Virus record (IMG/VR): IMGVR_UViG_3300033153_004671
Coordinates: 1 to 38,249 of that record
DNA length: 38,249 bases
Source: a virus
Lineage: Duplodnaviria; Caudoviricetes
Direction: 5' to 3' (one strand)
Shown piece after piece: positions 16,701-25,149 of this stretch. The notes beneath the pieces are model-generated. The model ran no database searches and had not been told where the DNA came from. It saw only the letters and a list, made by a program, of their open reading frames with translations. The position numbers and the translations under genes are program-made. Numbering within the stretch: the first letter of the stretch is position 1; each line of letters opens with the position of its first letter.

Positions 16701-17339
16701 CCGGAGCTGCTTTGTTTCAGGCGTTTCTTTGATTTCTTTTAAAACCTCCTGAACAGCCTGTTCGGTTACTTTGCGCTGCTTAACGGTCTTGATAAGCTTG
16801 CCGAGTAATGCAGGAAGCCCGAAAAAAGCAGTCATATCCACACCAGTTTTAACCAGTGCGGCAAGATTTGGATTTCCTGTTTTTTCAAATGCCATATCAC
16901 CATAAAATTTTGATGCAGTTTCAACCCATTCCAAAGGCTTTTCAATAACACCAAGAGCCTTTTGAGCAGCTGGGGTGGTAGTTTCACGAAAAGTCTCGGA
17001 AATTTGCCCAGCTTTTTCGATTTCATCCATAAACGCTTTGCCGGATTCTGGCTGAAATATAATATCCTCCTCACCCTGCGCTCTTTTTGCCTCTATAATA
17101 CCTTTGAGTCCACCGAAAGCCATGGTTCCCATCCCAACAGCGATAGAGGCGGGGACATCCAAAGCGGTTTGAATACCATATGCCAAATTTTCTTTTGAGT
17201 ACCAGGGAGACGCTTCTGGCTTCGAATCGGCCAACAGATCAACCGGGGATCTTGGCTGTGCTGCCAACAGATCAACCGGAGGCCGTTCTACCGGCGCAGG
17301 CAAATTTTGTGGTATATCTGATAATAAATCTCGTGGCAT
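13716..17339 (-). CDS. Large ejection/DNA-transfer (gp16-position, polyvalent-like) protein with ART-like insert
   Basis: 1207 aa, last of three internal virion genes. N-terminal PVDLL repeats; WKFGKVILSPKTHMRN, DAEKWLFNY and APFATF are typical of large phage ejection proteins. Confidence 0.75.
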   Translation of the reverse strand: MPRDLLSDIPQNLPAPVERPPVDLLAAQPRSPVDLLADSKPEASPWYSKENLAYGIQTALDVPASIAVGMGTMAFGGLKGIIEAKRAQGEEDIIFQPESGKAFMDEIEKAGQISETFRETTTPAAQKALGVIEKPLEWVETASKFYGDMAFEKTGNPNLAALVKTGVDMTAFFGLPALLGKLIKTVKQRKVTEQAVQEVLKEIKETPETKQLREEFQKEFVKQEAETQKTNIIEEIKKDLEAPKEITDPIIEKLPVDLLVKELKPPVEGIAKPSLKKLDIKVLGRKSNAIEAANILPSPQEGNIRLFRASSPTVKFQDIFKKEGLKEFYLKGKKGDFYTSDIAYADYFRDAYGKDAIIKWIDVPKKFAEKRIGKTEYEYVIDPKEIELISESTQKKAPEPKKQKEMADSKKGTTLYGGLPIKQIAEIAEKPFLKAGELYQKSVGHFLWDYMLKKKGTQILEKTPILKKAGKPILRAIDREYRGDLPKSGEFIKSMDERSRVQAIGRDYALDLGNRLSVIPESRQLLIAEKIKGGNPKMSKAETALAQEAIDTLYDLGRQAVDVGLLSEKVFFENAGRYMPRLYTKHEFTSLLDRWKVGKPDRMDLSRFQKRKDIPKEIRKEMGEILTPGYPVAKGIMQMTHDIALAKQFKGIASNPEWAIAKTPVLTAAGKQKYIKTSYFDSLTGKKIEQLKPKMDFQKDIPADFKQLPKNKKLSELSEAYVHPEIYNDLMEIIRKPTAGEKVWRKSLGYWKFGKVILSPKTHMRNVFSNGLLAHMGGMPLYEQPLYLARAAVELKKQGKTYLALKREGLLQSTFTQGELNTLLSGVDSQLKGLKAGGWMEATGIVGKTIEKARAGGRSAARLYELEEQWFKVAKAIHNMERRGMSVKGAAADAEKWLFNYSKLSKFQESYRSKWYGAPFATFTFKAIPRVIETGLKTPWRFALPMFMIHKLQQASMELIGDTPEQFKAKQKLRPEWMQGQFLGMPNFARVPIIDDFEREYFLNLTYMTPWGDIGEGGGVGPIPGGLMPFSMPVLKEGVQQAFDYDLFWKEPIIKEKDIAGLSESEKNRIIFKTRLKHFYHTIVPTIGIDIEKAYAASKKLPDYKGRNRLGSVVLADILGGIKMYPVDYVDQTVRYISKNNPNQSKLANEIKWDIKKFTKQRNTFKESEPQYEFYDKKISRKIKQLQGLGKDVVQFTKISKTARGVK

Positions 17340-18187
17340 TATCGCCCTATGGCCTCCAAAACTGCCTCGCGTGTCATATCATGCAGTTGCATTGTATGTT
17401 GAAGATCTTCCTCGGTAACGCCTTCGGGTAAAGTGGTAGCATCGGCCCCGGTCATCGTATTATATTCCTCTCTGGTCAGCTTTAAATCTTCAGGATTGCC
17501 GCCACCTTCAACATATTGCTGTGCTGCCCTCATCATCTCTTTCCTGTAACTTTCAGCAACCTCGGCCTTGTTTGGATCTTCGATAAATTGCCCAACGCCG
17601 CGCTTGGCGCTTCTGAATTTATCCTTTAATGATTTATATTCTTTTTTTAGGTTCGCAAGCGTCTTGTCTTCTTTCTCCTTTTTTTCTTTTTTTTCTTTCT
17701 TTGCCGTTTCCTTTGCAATGCGCTCATTAAAAGAATTATATTTTTCTTTAAAATCCTTATCATTCGGGTCTATATTGTCCCGGTCGGTGTATAACTTTCC
17801 CAGGGCGCTCCCTGAAAGCTTCTCTTTTGACTTCTTAAGGAAAATAACGTCATCCTCCCACTGCGCTTGCGCGGTTGCATCATATTCGTCTGGAATATTT
17901 AAAACATCAAAACCCATACCATTTAAAAGCTGCTTTGCTCTTGTATGGCTGGCCTGATCATTCACGCCGGATGCAATACGATGAAAGACCTCGATATTTT
18001 CCCGTAATACTTTTTGTTGACCGGCTTTGGTTTCTTTTTTCTCTGTAGCTTTTGCCACACCCTCGGCCCGCTTGCGCTGTTTAACCCCAGCAACCGCTGT
18101 GCCTACATCTTGCAGGGCATTAATCCCCGCCGCTGTCTGAAAGTTTGTATCTGTTTTTAATGCTGGTAAATTAAATCGAAAAGCCAT
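17339..18187 (-). CDS. Ejection protein (gp20 position)
   Basis: Helical, A/K/E-rich; lies between the gp7-like and gp16-like genes. Confidence 0.65.
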   Translation of the reverse strand: MAFRFNLPALKTDTNFQTAAGINALQDVGTAVAGVKQRKRAEGVAKATEKKETKAGQQKVLRENIEVFHRIASGVNDQASHTRAKQLLNGMGFDVLNIPDEYDATAQAQWEDDVIFLKKSKEKLSGSALGKLYTDRDNIDPNDKDFKEKYNSFNERIAKETAKKEKKEKKEKEDKTLANLKKEYKSLKDKFRSAKRGVGQFIEDPNKAEVAESYRKEMMRAAQQYVEGGGNPEDLKLTREEYNTMTGADATTLPEGVTEEDLQHTMQLHDMTREAVLEAIGR

Positions 18188-18196
18188 GGTATCACC

Positions 18197-18982
18197 TTAT
18201 GCAAATATGATTTTTGCCGCCGTTCCTGCTGCGGAAGCAAGTAAAGCGTTTCTATTTTGCTGCTGATTGGTTGCAATGTTCGCAGCATTAATAAAACCAC
18301 CAGCTCTGGCACCACCGGCAAGCAGAGCATTTTGTCCGGCCAACTCTCCACCCCTTTGTAGTATGTTCGCTGTCTGACTTGCAGCGCCCGTTAATGCCGC
18401 TACGTTCTGCCCAGATAATTGTGTACCGAGCCGCGCACCCTCCCCGGTACCTTGTGCACCAAATCCGGCCAGCCTGAAAAACGGCTCCAATTTTTGACGG
18501 TAACGAGCTTGAAAATTATCAAATTCGGTAGACGCAAGGCCTTGACCGAATCGCATAAGCTCTTTGGTGGTCTGTGGTGATGATCTACGCCCCGCCGCCG
18601 CTGCTCTGGTAGTTATCGCCTTTTGGCCTTCCCCTAAAACAAACTTATAGCCCGCCGATTCCTCGAACTCTCCTGGTCCTTTTTCAAGCTCGGCAAATAG
18701 GGTAGTTAATGATTTCTGAGCCGCTTTACGAAATATAGAAAAATCTTTACGGGTAAGATCAAATTGACGTTGTGACTCAGATATCGAGGCCTCACGTCCT
18801 GCTTTAATTTCCGCAATAGCAGCCTTTTGCCCCTCAAGTTGCGCAGCCGTAGCTATCTTTGTCGACTCAACTTGAGCCTTAGTGGCCTCTTCCGCCGCTT
18901 TTTCGGCAGCTGGGTTACCATATGTACCAAGAAATGTGCCTCCAGGGTCAATAACCGGCAAAATACTGTCAAAAAAACCCAT
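18197..18982 (-). CDS. DNA transfer/ejection protein (P22 gp7-like)
   Basis: SQRQFDLTRKDF, FEESAGYKFVLGEGQKAI..AAAAG, KELMRFGQGLASTEF and an A/G/N/Q-rich C-terminus. Confidence 0.8.
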   Translation of the reverse strand: MGFFDSILPVIDPGGTFLGTYGNPAAEKAAEEATKAQVESTKIATAAQLEGQKAAIAEIKAGREASISESQRQFDLTRKDFSIFRKAAQKSLTTLFAELEKGPGEFEESAGYKFVLGEGQKAITTRAAAAGRRSSPQTTKELMRFGQGLASTEFDNFQARYRQKLEPFFRLAGFGAQGTGEGARLGTQLSGQNVAALTGAASQTANILQRGGELAGQNALLAGGARAGGFINAANIATNQQQNRNALLASAAGTAAKIIFA

Positions 18983-18983
18983 T

Positions 18984-19142
18984 TTACTTATCCTTTTTTG
19001 ATAATTTATTCTCAGCCTTCAGCTTTTCGTTCTCAGCCTTCAGCTTTTTAATTGCATTCTCTTTTTCAGCTGTAGAAATTCTCAACCTGTATATTTCAAG
19101 ATCTTTTTCTAAATTTATCAGTGCAAATATACTTCCGTTCAT
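18984..19142 (-). CDS. Small coiled-coil protein (52 aa)
   Basis: ATG at 19142 just after the upstream stop; heptad duplication KLKAENE/KLKAENK (21-bp tandem repeat at about 19009-19048). Confidence 0.55.
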   Translation of the reverse strand: MNGSIFALINLEKDLEIYRLRISTAEKENAIKKLKAENEKLKAENKLSKKDK

Positions 19143-19146
19143 TATT

Positions 19147-19470
19147 TTAATCCACCTGTAAAGCTTCAGCATCTTTTATCATGCCGATTAAAGATTGTAT
19201 TTGTAAGTCAAATCTTTCCAACATCATTGCTCTTTCTCGTTCGGCATACTCTTTTTCTCTTTGTAAATTCTTAACGCTAATTTTTGCTATCACATCCGCT
19301 ATACGTAATCCTGTTCTGTAATCATAGCGCTGTTCCACCACCTCAATAATGCCATTTGTTTTAGACATAGTGACTCTGCCTGCTTGTTTTTCCGCGATAT
19401 AATCAACTCTATCATCAAATGCAAATACCGGTACGGCTATAATAATAATTAATATAATGTATTTTATCAT
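19147..19470 (-). CDS. Tail-region protein with signal peptide
   Basis: MIKYIILIIIIAVPVFA-FDD; AGGAG RBS and ATGA coupling to the tail fibre gene. Confidence 0.75.
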   Translation of the reverse strand: MIKYIILIIIIAVPVFAFDDRVDYIAEKQAGRVTMSKTNGIIEVVEQRYDYRTGLRIADVIAKISVKNLQREKEYAERERAMMLERFDLQIQSLIGMIKDAEALQVD

Positions 19471-21380
19471 GTCGGCTCTCCTAATTTGTTCATATAGAAT
19501 TCAAACTCTATCGATAATATATGAATGGTATTAATTGCTGGATTTGTGCCGTCATCTATAGCAATTCTCTCCAAATTCAAACCAATTACATCATCCTGTG
19601 CAATACTGCTTCCGGATATAGTTCCTATTGAGCTTTCAATAATATGCCATTGCGTAGGACAATTAATATCTCCAGATACAATTGTTGTACTTCCTGCATT
19701 AATAACTTCCCCGCCACCTTCCGGGATAGCATTCCATATGGCTTGCCACTGTACCTCGTCATCTGTTTGGTCAACTGACGTATACCAATGGACTTTAATA
19801 GCTACAGTGTCGGTATAATCCATCTGATAGGGCGCTTCAAAACTTTGACTTGAATCATTGCCTACTGCAAACGTCCAAGATAAATAAGGAACCTCAGTTG
19901 TTCTTTCCGTTGGAGCCGCAGCGCCCTTACCAGTTAAAGCCAATCCTTCAATAAATTGCTCAACCCTCGCAGTGCCGACGAGTGTTATTTCACCATCTGG
20001 AGCAAAATTTGTGTAATTGGTTGGCGCTTCAGCCGAACTGTCCCCGATTCGTACAGCACCATCGGCAAATAAATCAAGAAAAGTATCGGCCTGAGAATAA
20101 ATTCCAATTGCAGAGTCAAAAAATTGATGTTTCCCAACTTGCCAAATATCTTTCATCAAGAGAGATGAGGTTCCTATATCAATGTCATTTGTTGTGGTGG
20201 GTCTAATTGAACCATTAAAAATTTGCATTTGTTCAGTTCCATCAATTCTTAAATTTATTGATATTGTTGCTTCTCCATCAAGTTCACCGCTTGTGATGCT
20301 ATCCCAAAACTCATTCAAATCTGGTTGACTAAATGCTATTTTATTTCTTACTAAAATTTCACCTGTGGTCAGAATCACCAGTTCGTTAGGATTACTATTA
20401 TGCCCTATTTTAATATCTCTGTTTAATCCGGTACCTGTTCTAAAAGTGAAAAATTCATAATCATTTCGTGCATTATTGTAGCTGAAGACCATAGTTTCTC
20501 TATTTGACGCGCCCGGCTGCCCCACAGCATCGAGATTAAATCCAATCGTATCCGTACCATCCATATCAGCAGATTGGACTCTAAGATTCATTGGCTCACC
20601 ACTTACAGTGTTCCTTATAGCTGGAAAACCTCCTGCTTGTGCTTCTGTTAAAATATAACTATCCTGCCAACGGATATCATCGGCTATAAGATCTCCACTT
20701 ATTGTAAGATCGTCATTTACTGTAAGATTTCCAGTTAGTTCACCATTAATTGTTAAATCACTGCCTACGGTAAAGTTGCCAAATATCGAACCGTCGCCAT
20801 CATGTAACAATTGAAGAACTTCTCGGTCTGCCGCCGATGATCTTGCTCCGCCAGACTGTATAGAAAACAATATATCTGTTCCAGACCCTGTCCATTGACG
20901 CATCACAAAAGCATCATCCGCTGCTTGGAGCCCTATAAATGCAGTCTCAACCTCACTCCCCTCTGCTCCTTCGTCAAAAAATATCCGAGGACCATCAGGA
21001 GCCTTTATTGTCATACCATCAAAATTAGCGTCTACTCTGACCACTAATTTTGCGTCCGCATCGGAATTAGAGGTATTGACAAGCACTTCACCGAACGTTA
21101 CGGTATCGGTTGTCTCTAAGTCCTGATTTACGGCACAGTTTGCGTTCATAGTGAATGTACGATCTGCGTCACCTGTTACCAGAGTCCACAAACGATCTGC
21201 CGTTAAATTAGACCCTATGACAAATTGCATGAAGTTAGAAAAATCTTGATCCGTATCACACAGATAAATTGATTTCTCCTCTGGATCTGCATATGCCCAT
21301 GAACAAACAAGAACACTAAACAGGAACGCGACGAGCGCTCTCTTTAACCCATGTATTACTTTGTTTATTTTCCGTAACAA
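19467..21380 (-). CDS. Tail fibre-like protein with signal peptide
   Basis: TTG start after GGGGGT; KRALVAFLFSVLVCSWAYA-DP; fibre repeats (GNFTVGSDLTINGELTGNLTVNDDLTISG, IRPTTTNDIDIGTSSL) and a C-terminal beta-sandwich domain. Confidence 0.75.
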   Translation of the reverse strand: MLRKINKVIHGLKRALVAFLFSVLVCSWAYADPEEKSIYLCDTDQDFSNFMQFVIGSNLTADRLWTLVTGDADRTFTMNANCAVNQDLETTDTVTFGEVLVNTSNSDADAKLVVRVDANFDGMTIKAPDGPRIFFDEGAEGSEVETAFIGLQAADDAFVMRQWTGSGTDILFSIQSGGARSSAADREVLQLLHDGDGSIFGNFTVGSDLTINGELTGNLTVNDDLTISGDLIADDIRWQDSYILTEAQAGGFPAIRNTVSGEPMNLRVQSADMDGTDTIGFNLDAVGQPGASNRETMVFSYNNARNDYEFFTFRTGTGLNRDIKIGHNSNPNELVILTTGEILVRNKIAFSQPDLNEFWDSITSGELDGEATISINLRIDGTEQMQIFNGSIRPTTTNDIDIGTSSLLMKDIWQVGKHQFFDSAIGIYSQADTFLDLFADGAVRIGDSSAEAPTNYTNFAPDGEITLVGTARVEQFIEGLALTGKGAAAPTERTTEVPYLSWTFAVGNDSSQSFEAPYQMDYTDTVAIKVHWYTSVDQTDDEVQWQAIWNAIPEGGGEVINAGSTTIVSGDINCPTQWHIIESSIGTISGSSIAQDDVIGLNLERIAIDDGTNPAINTIHILSIEFEFYMNKLGEPT

Positions 21381-21828
21381 GTTTACCCCCGATTACGCTA
21401 ATACTCCACGATCCGTTTGTGTCATTACCAAATATCAGCCTTTTATTATCACTGATATGCAAATTAGAATCCATTGTTAAACTACCAGCAAAACTCCACG
21501 CGCCGTTTATCGCTTCAGTTGCAGATTTATCAACTAAGTCAGTCTGTGTAATATCAGCAACCAAAGCTTGTAAATATGTAACGTCAGCCGCTATGAAATC
21601 AAAGCAAGGTTCAGAAATGCCTAACCCTGAATCCTGTAACCCACCAGTTTCCGTAAATGATGGAAAATTATCCTCAGCAGTTCCCGGAACTGTCAATTTG
21701 CCTTCTTCGATATCATCGATAATCGGCGTTAAAATTTTTTCGTAATAGATCACCCATTCACGCGGTAAAGAGCCGCTCTTTTCGGTTGCCTTTGCTGTCA
21801 TACCATGTGTGATTGGCTCTAATGGCAT
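21316..21828 (-). CDS. Tail needle/fibre-base protein (gp26 position)
   Basis: Follows the gp10-like gene; LPREWVIYY, GGLQDSG, LVDKSATEAINGAWSF and GNDTNGSWSISV fibre motifs. Confidence 0.65.
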   Translation of the reverse strand: MPLEPITHGMTAKATEKSGSLPREWVIYYEKILTPIIDDIEEGKLTVPGTAEDNFPSFTETGGLQDSGLGISEPCFDFIAADVTYLQALVADITQTDLVDKSATEAINGAWSFAGSLTMDSNLHISDNKRLIFGNDTNGSWSISVIGGKLVTENKQSNTWVKESARRVPV

Positions 21829-23211
21829 TTATCTGCTCCTCACAACATCCATATGCGCACTAATTACGCCACGGAATACCGGATCTGTAATTACTAATTT
21901 AAACGCCCAATCACGCGCCGCGCCGTTTTGCCTCCATACTGCCCGGCTTGTATATTCTCCGATCTTTCCCATGGTGCGCCATTTTTCATTACCGTATGTT
22001 CGGCCACCGTTGCGACTAAACTGCATTATTGCTTGTGGGTCACTGCCCTGTCCAGAAACAATGCCGACACCATTATGAAAAAGTACCTCAAGGTATGGGA
22101 TTGCGAGTTTCTTCCTATCAGAATGACCCGGCTGTGCAATCCTGATTGATCTTAAAACATTTCCATTATCGGTATATGTATTAAGATCAAGTTCATATAA
22201 TTTGCCATTTTCAAAATCACCGACAACGTTTTTACCGTTAAACTTAGCATAGCAATTTGACCGATGGCGGCCATCATTTGGAAAACTTGCCAAAGTTACA
22301 GGAATAAGCGTTTCAGTATCCAACATAAAAGTTTTATTTTCAGTTGGGAATGTTAGCACGTAAAATTCATGGCCCATTTTTTTATAACTATATGCGATGG
22401 CGTCTGACGTGGTTGAAAAATTTTTCACTTGAGCGCTAAATTGTTCAGATGATACTATTTGTGGCTGATATCCATTAGCTCGATAAATAAACCCCTGATC
22501 ATACCACCAAAGCGTTTGACTGGCTTTGGTAACTGTTGCCCCCGCCTCCGTACCGACCTCTATCGCAGCGCTCCGGACACGCTCAAACCCGGCGCTTGTT
22601 AGTATCCATACCTCTATGGTTTTAGTTCCATAAATCCACACCTCACGATGATCTACAATTACACGAGTATTGTTATCGCCGCTACTTTCGGCATAAAATA
22701 TGTCAGTTGCATCCCAAGACGTAGGATCGTCTAAAGCCGATGGTATAATTCCGTCTGAATTAGCTATTGATGCAAGGAAAAATCCGTCTAAATACGCACA
22801 ACTTGAAGGTGTCGGAAAGCTGGCATCGGTTATTTTTGTAACCTCAAGTCCTGTAACTGTATAGCCTGCCACACCGTCCGTGATTAAAATATATGTACCA
22901 TCTGTGACCATATATATCGGCCCGGATGAAGTGTCCAACGTTGTTGCCATAGCTGTTGCTCTATAATTAGAATCAATATAATATACAGTATCGCCACTGA
23001 CTGCATATAAATAGTCACCTATGACAATGCTACCACGTACCTCGGCGTTTTTCATGGTTTCATTTTTAGCAAGCAGCCCAGGAGTACCGAACAAAACAGC
23101 AATTTCTTTCCCGCCCACGACATCAAGGCCGAGCCAGAAGTTTTGCGTTTCCTGTGGGTTATTAAACTGACTATAACCCTTATAATGTCCGCCTACGAAC
23201 GGAATTTTCAT
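21829..23211 (-). CDS. Packaged DNA stabilization / tail hub protein (P22 gp10-like)
   Basis: MKIPFVGGHY, LFGTPGL, YLDGFF, IYGTKTIEVW, GHEFYVLTFP, VVGDFENGKLY and SRNGGRTYGNE..MGKIGEY..RAVWRQNG. Confidence 0.9.
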   Translation of the reverse strand: MKIPFVGGHYKGYSQFNNPQETQNFWLGLDVVGGKEIAVLFGTPGLLAKNETMKNAEVRGSIVIGDYLYAVSGDTVYYIDSNYRATAMATTLDTSSGPIYMVTDGTYILITDGVAGYTVTGLEVTKITDASFPTPSSCAYLDGFFLASIANSDGIIPSALDDPTSWDATDIFYAESSGDNNTRVIVDHREVWIYGTKTIEVWILTSAGFERVRSAAIEVGTEAGATVTKASQTLWWYDQGFIYRANGYQPQIVSSEQFSAQVKNFSTTSDAIAYSYKKMGHEFYVLTFPTENKTFMLDTETLIPVTLASFPNDGRHRSNCYAKFNGKNVVGDFENGKLYELDLNTYTDNGNVLRSIRIAQPGHSDRKKLAIPYLEVLFHNGVGIVSGQGSDPQAIMQFSRNGGRTYGNEKWRTMGKIGEYTSRAVWRQNGAARDWAFKLVITDPVFRGVISAHMDVVRSR

Positions 23212-23214
23212 TAT

Positions 23215-23559
23215 TTATGCCTTACCATCCCAAAATGCAGGACCACCAAGATCTTTAACAAAAGAATAATATGTATTTGCCCTTTTCAATCTCAACCATT
23301 CAAGTAATTGAAAGTTAGTTTTATGTTTGATTACCCTGATTAAATTGTTTCTCATAGTTCTATCAGCTTCTTCTTTATCTTCAAGCGTTTCTCCCATATG
23401 GTACATGAAATCATGTATGTCGCACACTTCAGATATATCAAGGCCATACATAGTATCAGGGATTAAAAATCCACGGCCTTTAGGACCACATCCGTTGCAA
23501 ATATTTTTTCGCTGTTCAGGCGTTAAATCTCTATATTCTTCCGGCGCTGTCAATTTCAT
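23215..23559 (-). CDS. Phospholipase-A2-like/DUF1353-like small protein
   Basis: CNGCGP...CDIHDFMY...KEEADR...YYSFV..GG.AFW. Confidence 0.65.
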   Translation of the reverse strand: MKLTAPEEYRDLTPEQRKNICNGCGPKGRGFLIPDTMYGLDISEVCDIHDFMYHMGETLEDKEEADRTMRNNLIRVIKHKTNFQLLEWLRLKRANTYYSFVKDLGGPAFWDGKA

Positions 23560-23562
23560 ATT

Positions 23563-24258
23563 TTATCTCCAAATATCAAACCCATGCCGATTACCTCTTA
23601 AACCAGGCATGGACAATTGAACTGTTTGAACCTTTGTCGCCGCATTTGCTATTTCAATATCAGCCATTGATTTTATAGCCAGCCCGACAACCTCCTGAGA
23701 TGCAGGAAAACCAGTCTCGGGCGCAAGCTCAAGAGCTAAATTATAAATAAGCATTCTATCATATGGCCGTGGGAAATTAAGATTTGAGGTTAACTTGCTC
23801 GGCTCTGTCAATTGCTTCTCTGACGAAAATTTAAGAGTGCTGGCCGCCTCCGGAGTATAATACAGATAGATAATACCCAAAGGAAAGGCGGGTTCATAAT
23901 ATAACGAGTGCGGCGTCCCCTGTGTCGCTTTCTCCGGTATCCTGTTGTATGCATCCTCTGTGATTGGCCTCAAATCATAATCAAGACCGCCACTATCCGT
24001 TACTCTGGCACTCATTATGCGGCGCGGCCACACTTCGTCAATATCACCACCACTGCCAATAGTATATGAAGCCGTGCCACCAGTCAGCACATGGGTTGAA
24101 TCAACAGTGTAATATATCATGCCACTCGGCAAGCTGCCGATATACATCTGAAGCGCCTCAAGTCCGTTTGCCATCATAACAGCGCTGATTGATTCCTCGG
24201 GGTCAATAGCTAAAAGCTTCCGATAAGCCGATTGAATTATAGTTCTTGCAGGTGTCAT
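23563..24258 (-). CDS. Head-tail adaptor (P22 gp4-like)
   Basis: ARTIIQSAYRKL, GLEALQ, SYTIGSGGD, YLYYTP and FPRPYDRMLIYNLALELAPE. Confidence 0.8.
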   Translation of the reverse strand: MTPARTIIQSAYRKLLAIDPEESISAVMMANGLEALQMYIGSLPSGMIYYTVDSTHVLTGGTASYTIGSGGDIDEVWPRRIMSARVTDSGGLDYDLRPITEDAYNRIPEKATQGTPHSLYYEPAFPLGIIYLYYTPEAASTLKFSSEKQLTEPSKLTSNLNFPRPYDRMLIYNLALELAPETGFPASQEVVGLAIKSMADIEIANAATKVQTVQLSMPGLRGNRHGFDIWR

Positions 24259-24689
24259 GATCTAAATTCTATCCCTTCATTCACGTCCGGAAAAGCATCA
24301 GAAATATCAGCCTGCCACTGCTTATAATGGCCCGGTATTTCTTGGCCCAGCATGCGCCCGCTTTCTGATATTTCACAAAGTTTTGACTGCATGGCCGCGA
24401 TCATATCATCAATAGCCATGTCAAGCGTAAAAACAAGACCAAGTTCAGCATGAGCATATGATTTGAGTTGCTTTTTATTCAGTGTTTTAAACTCCTCAAT
24501 CGGATTGATAATTTGTGGAAGTTTATGCAGCAATGCTTTATTTTTATGATACCCGGCTACAATTGCCCTCATGTCATCATTTTCATCATATACAATCACA
24601 GCCGGATATTCTACCTCGTTGGCATGATAGCGCCAGCTCGGATACGGTTTGCCTGGTATTTTAATCCCCTCATGTAGTTTTTCAGCCAT
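24255..24689 (-). CDS. Head-associated hypothetical protein (YPSWRYH motif)
   Basis: KPYPSWRYH...AVIVYDE; position downstream of the coat gene. Confidence 0.7.
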   Translation of the reverse strand: MAEKLHEGIKIPGKPYPSWRYHANEVEYPAVIVYDENDDMRAIVAGYHKNKALLHKLPQIINPIEEFKTLNKKQLKSYAHAELGLVFTLDMAIDDMIAAMQSKLCEISESGRMLGQEIPGHYKQWQADISDAFPDVNEGIEFRS

Positions 24690-25065
24690 GATTCACCATG
24701 TCCTCGGCGTTAATAGCAGTCTGACAAATTACGCCGTCTTTTGTACTGCGCTCCTGGGAGTACCCGTTTTTGGCTGCGGCCTTATCCTGTTCTTGATTAT
24801 GCACAACGATTGCCGCCTTTTCAGGATGAAATCGACATCCGGGATAAATTTTCTTACCGGGATTTCTTGCGGGAGCTGGTTGGCTGACAGCATCGTCGAT
24901 TGGATCATTCTCCAGCTTCTCAGGCGATTGTGATTCATCACCCAAACCATCGTCGGGCTGACTATCATCAGACCCGCCGCCTAAAATAGTTTTATTAAAG
25001 GCGTCCTCTTCAGCTGAAGAGGTTGTCTTCGTCGCTTTGCTAACTTTCGGCTTTTCTTTCGGCAT
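24682..25065 (-). CDS. Head-associated hypothetical protein (YPGCRFH motif, acidic disordered N-half)
   Basis: Start placed at ATG 25065 behind AAGGA; the ORF-track start falls inside the hairpin. Confidence 0.7.
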   Translation of the reverse strand: MPKEKPKVSKATKTTSSAEEDAFNKTILGGGSDDSQPDDGLGDESQSPEKLENDPIDDAVSQPAPARNPGKKIYPGCRFHPEKAAIVVHNQEQDKAAAKNGYSQERSTKDGVICQTAINAEDMVNHG

Positions 25066-25088
25066 GATAAAATTTTCCTTTTTGAGTA

Positions 25089-25114
25089 AGTGGCCGAACA
25101 TTCGCCCGGCCACT
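25089..25114 (-). terminator. Stem-loop downstream of the coat gene (mRNA stabilizer or weak terminator)
   Basis: AGTGGCCG-N10-CGGCCACT perfect 8-bp stem, extendable by G-U pairs. No U-tract follows on the coding strand. Confidence 0.5.
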
Positions 25115-25149
25115 CGGTTAAATGTTAAAATTATATTCGGTTTTTACCG

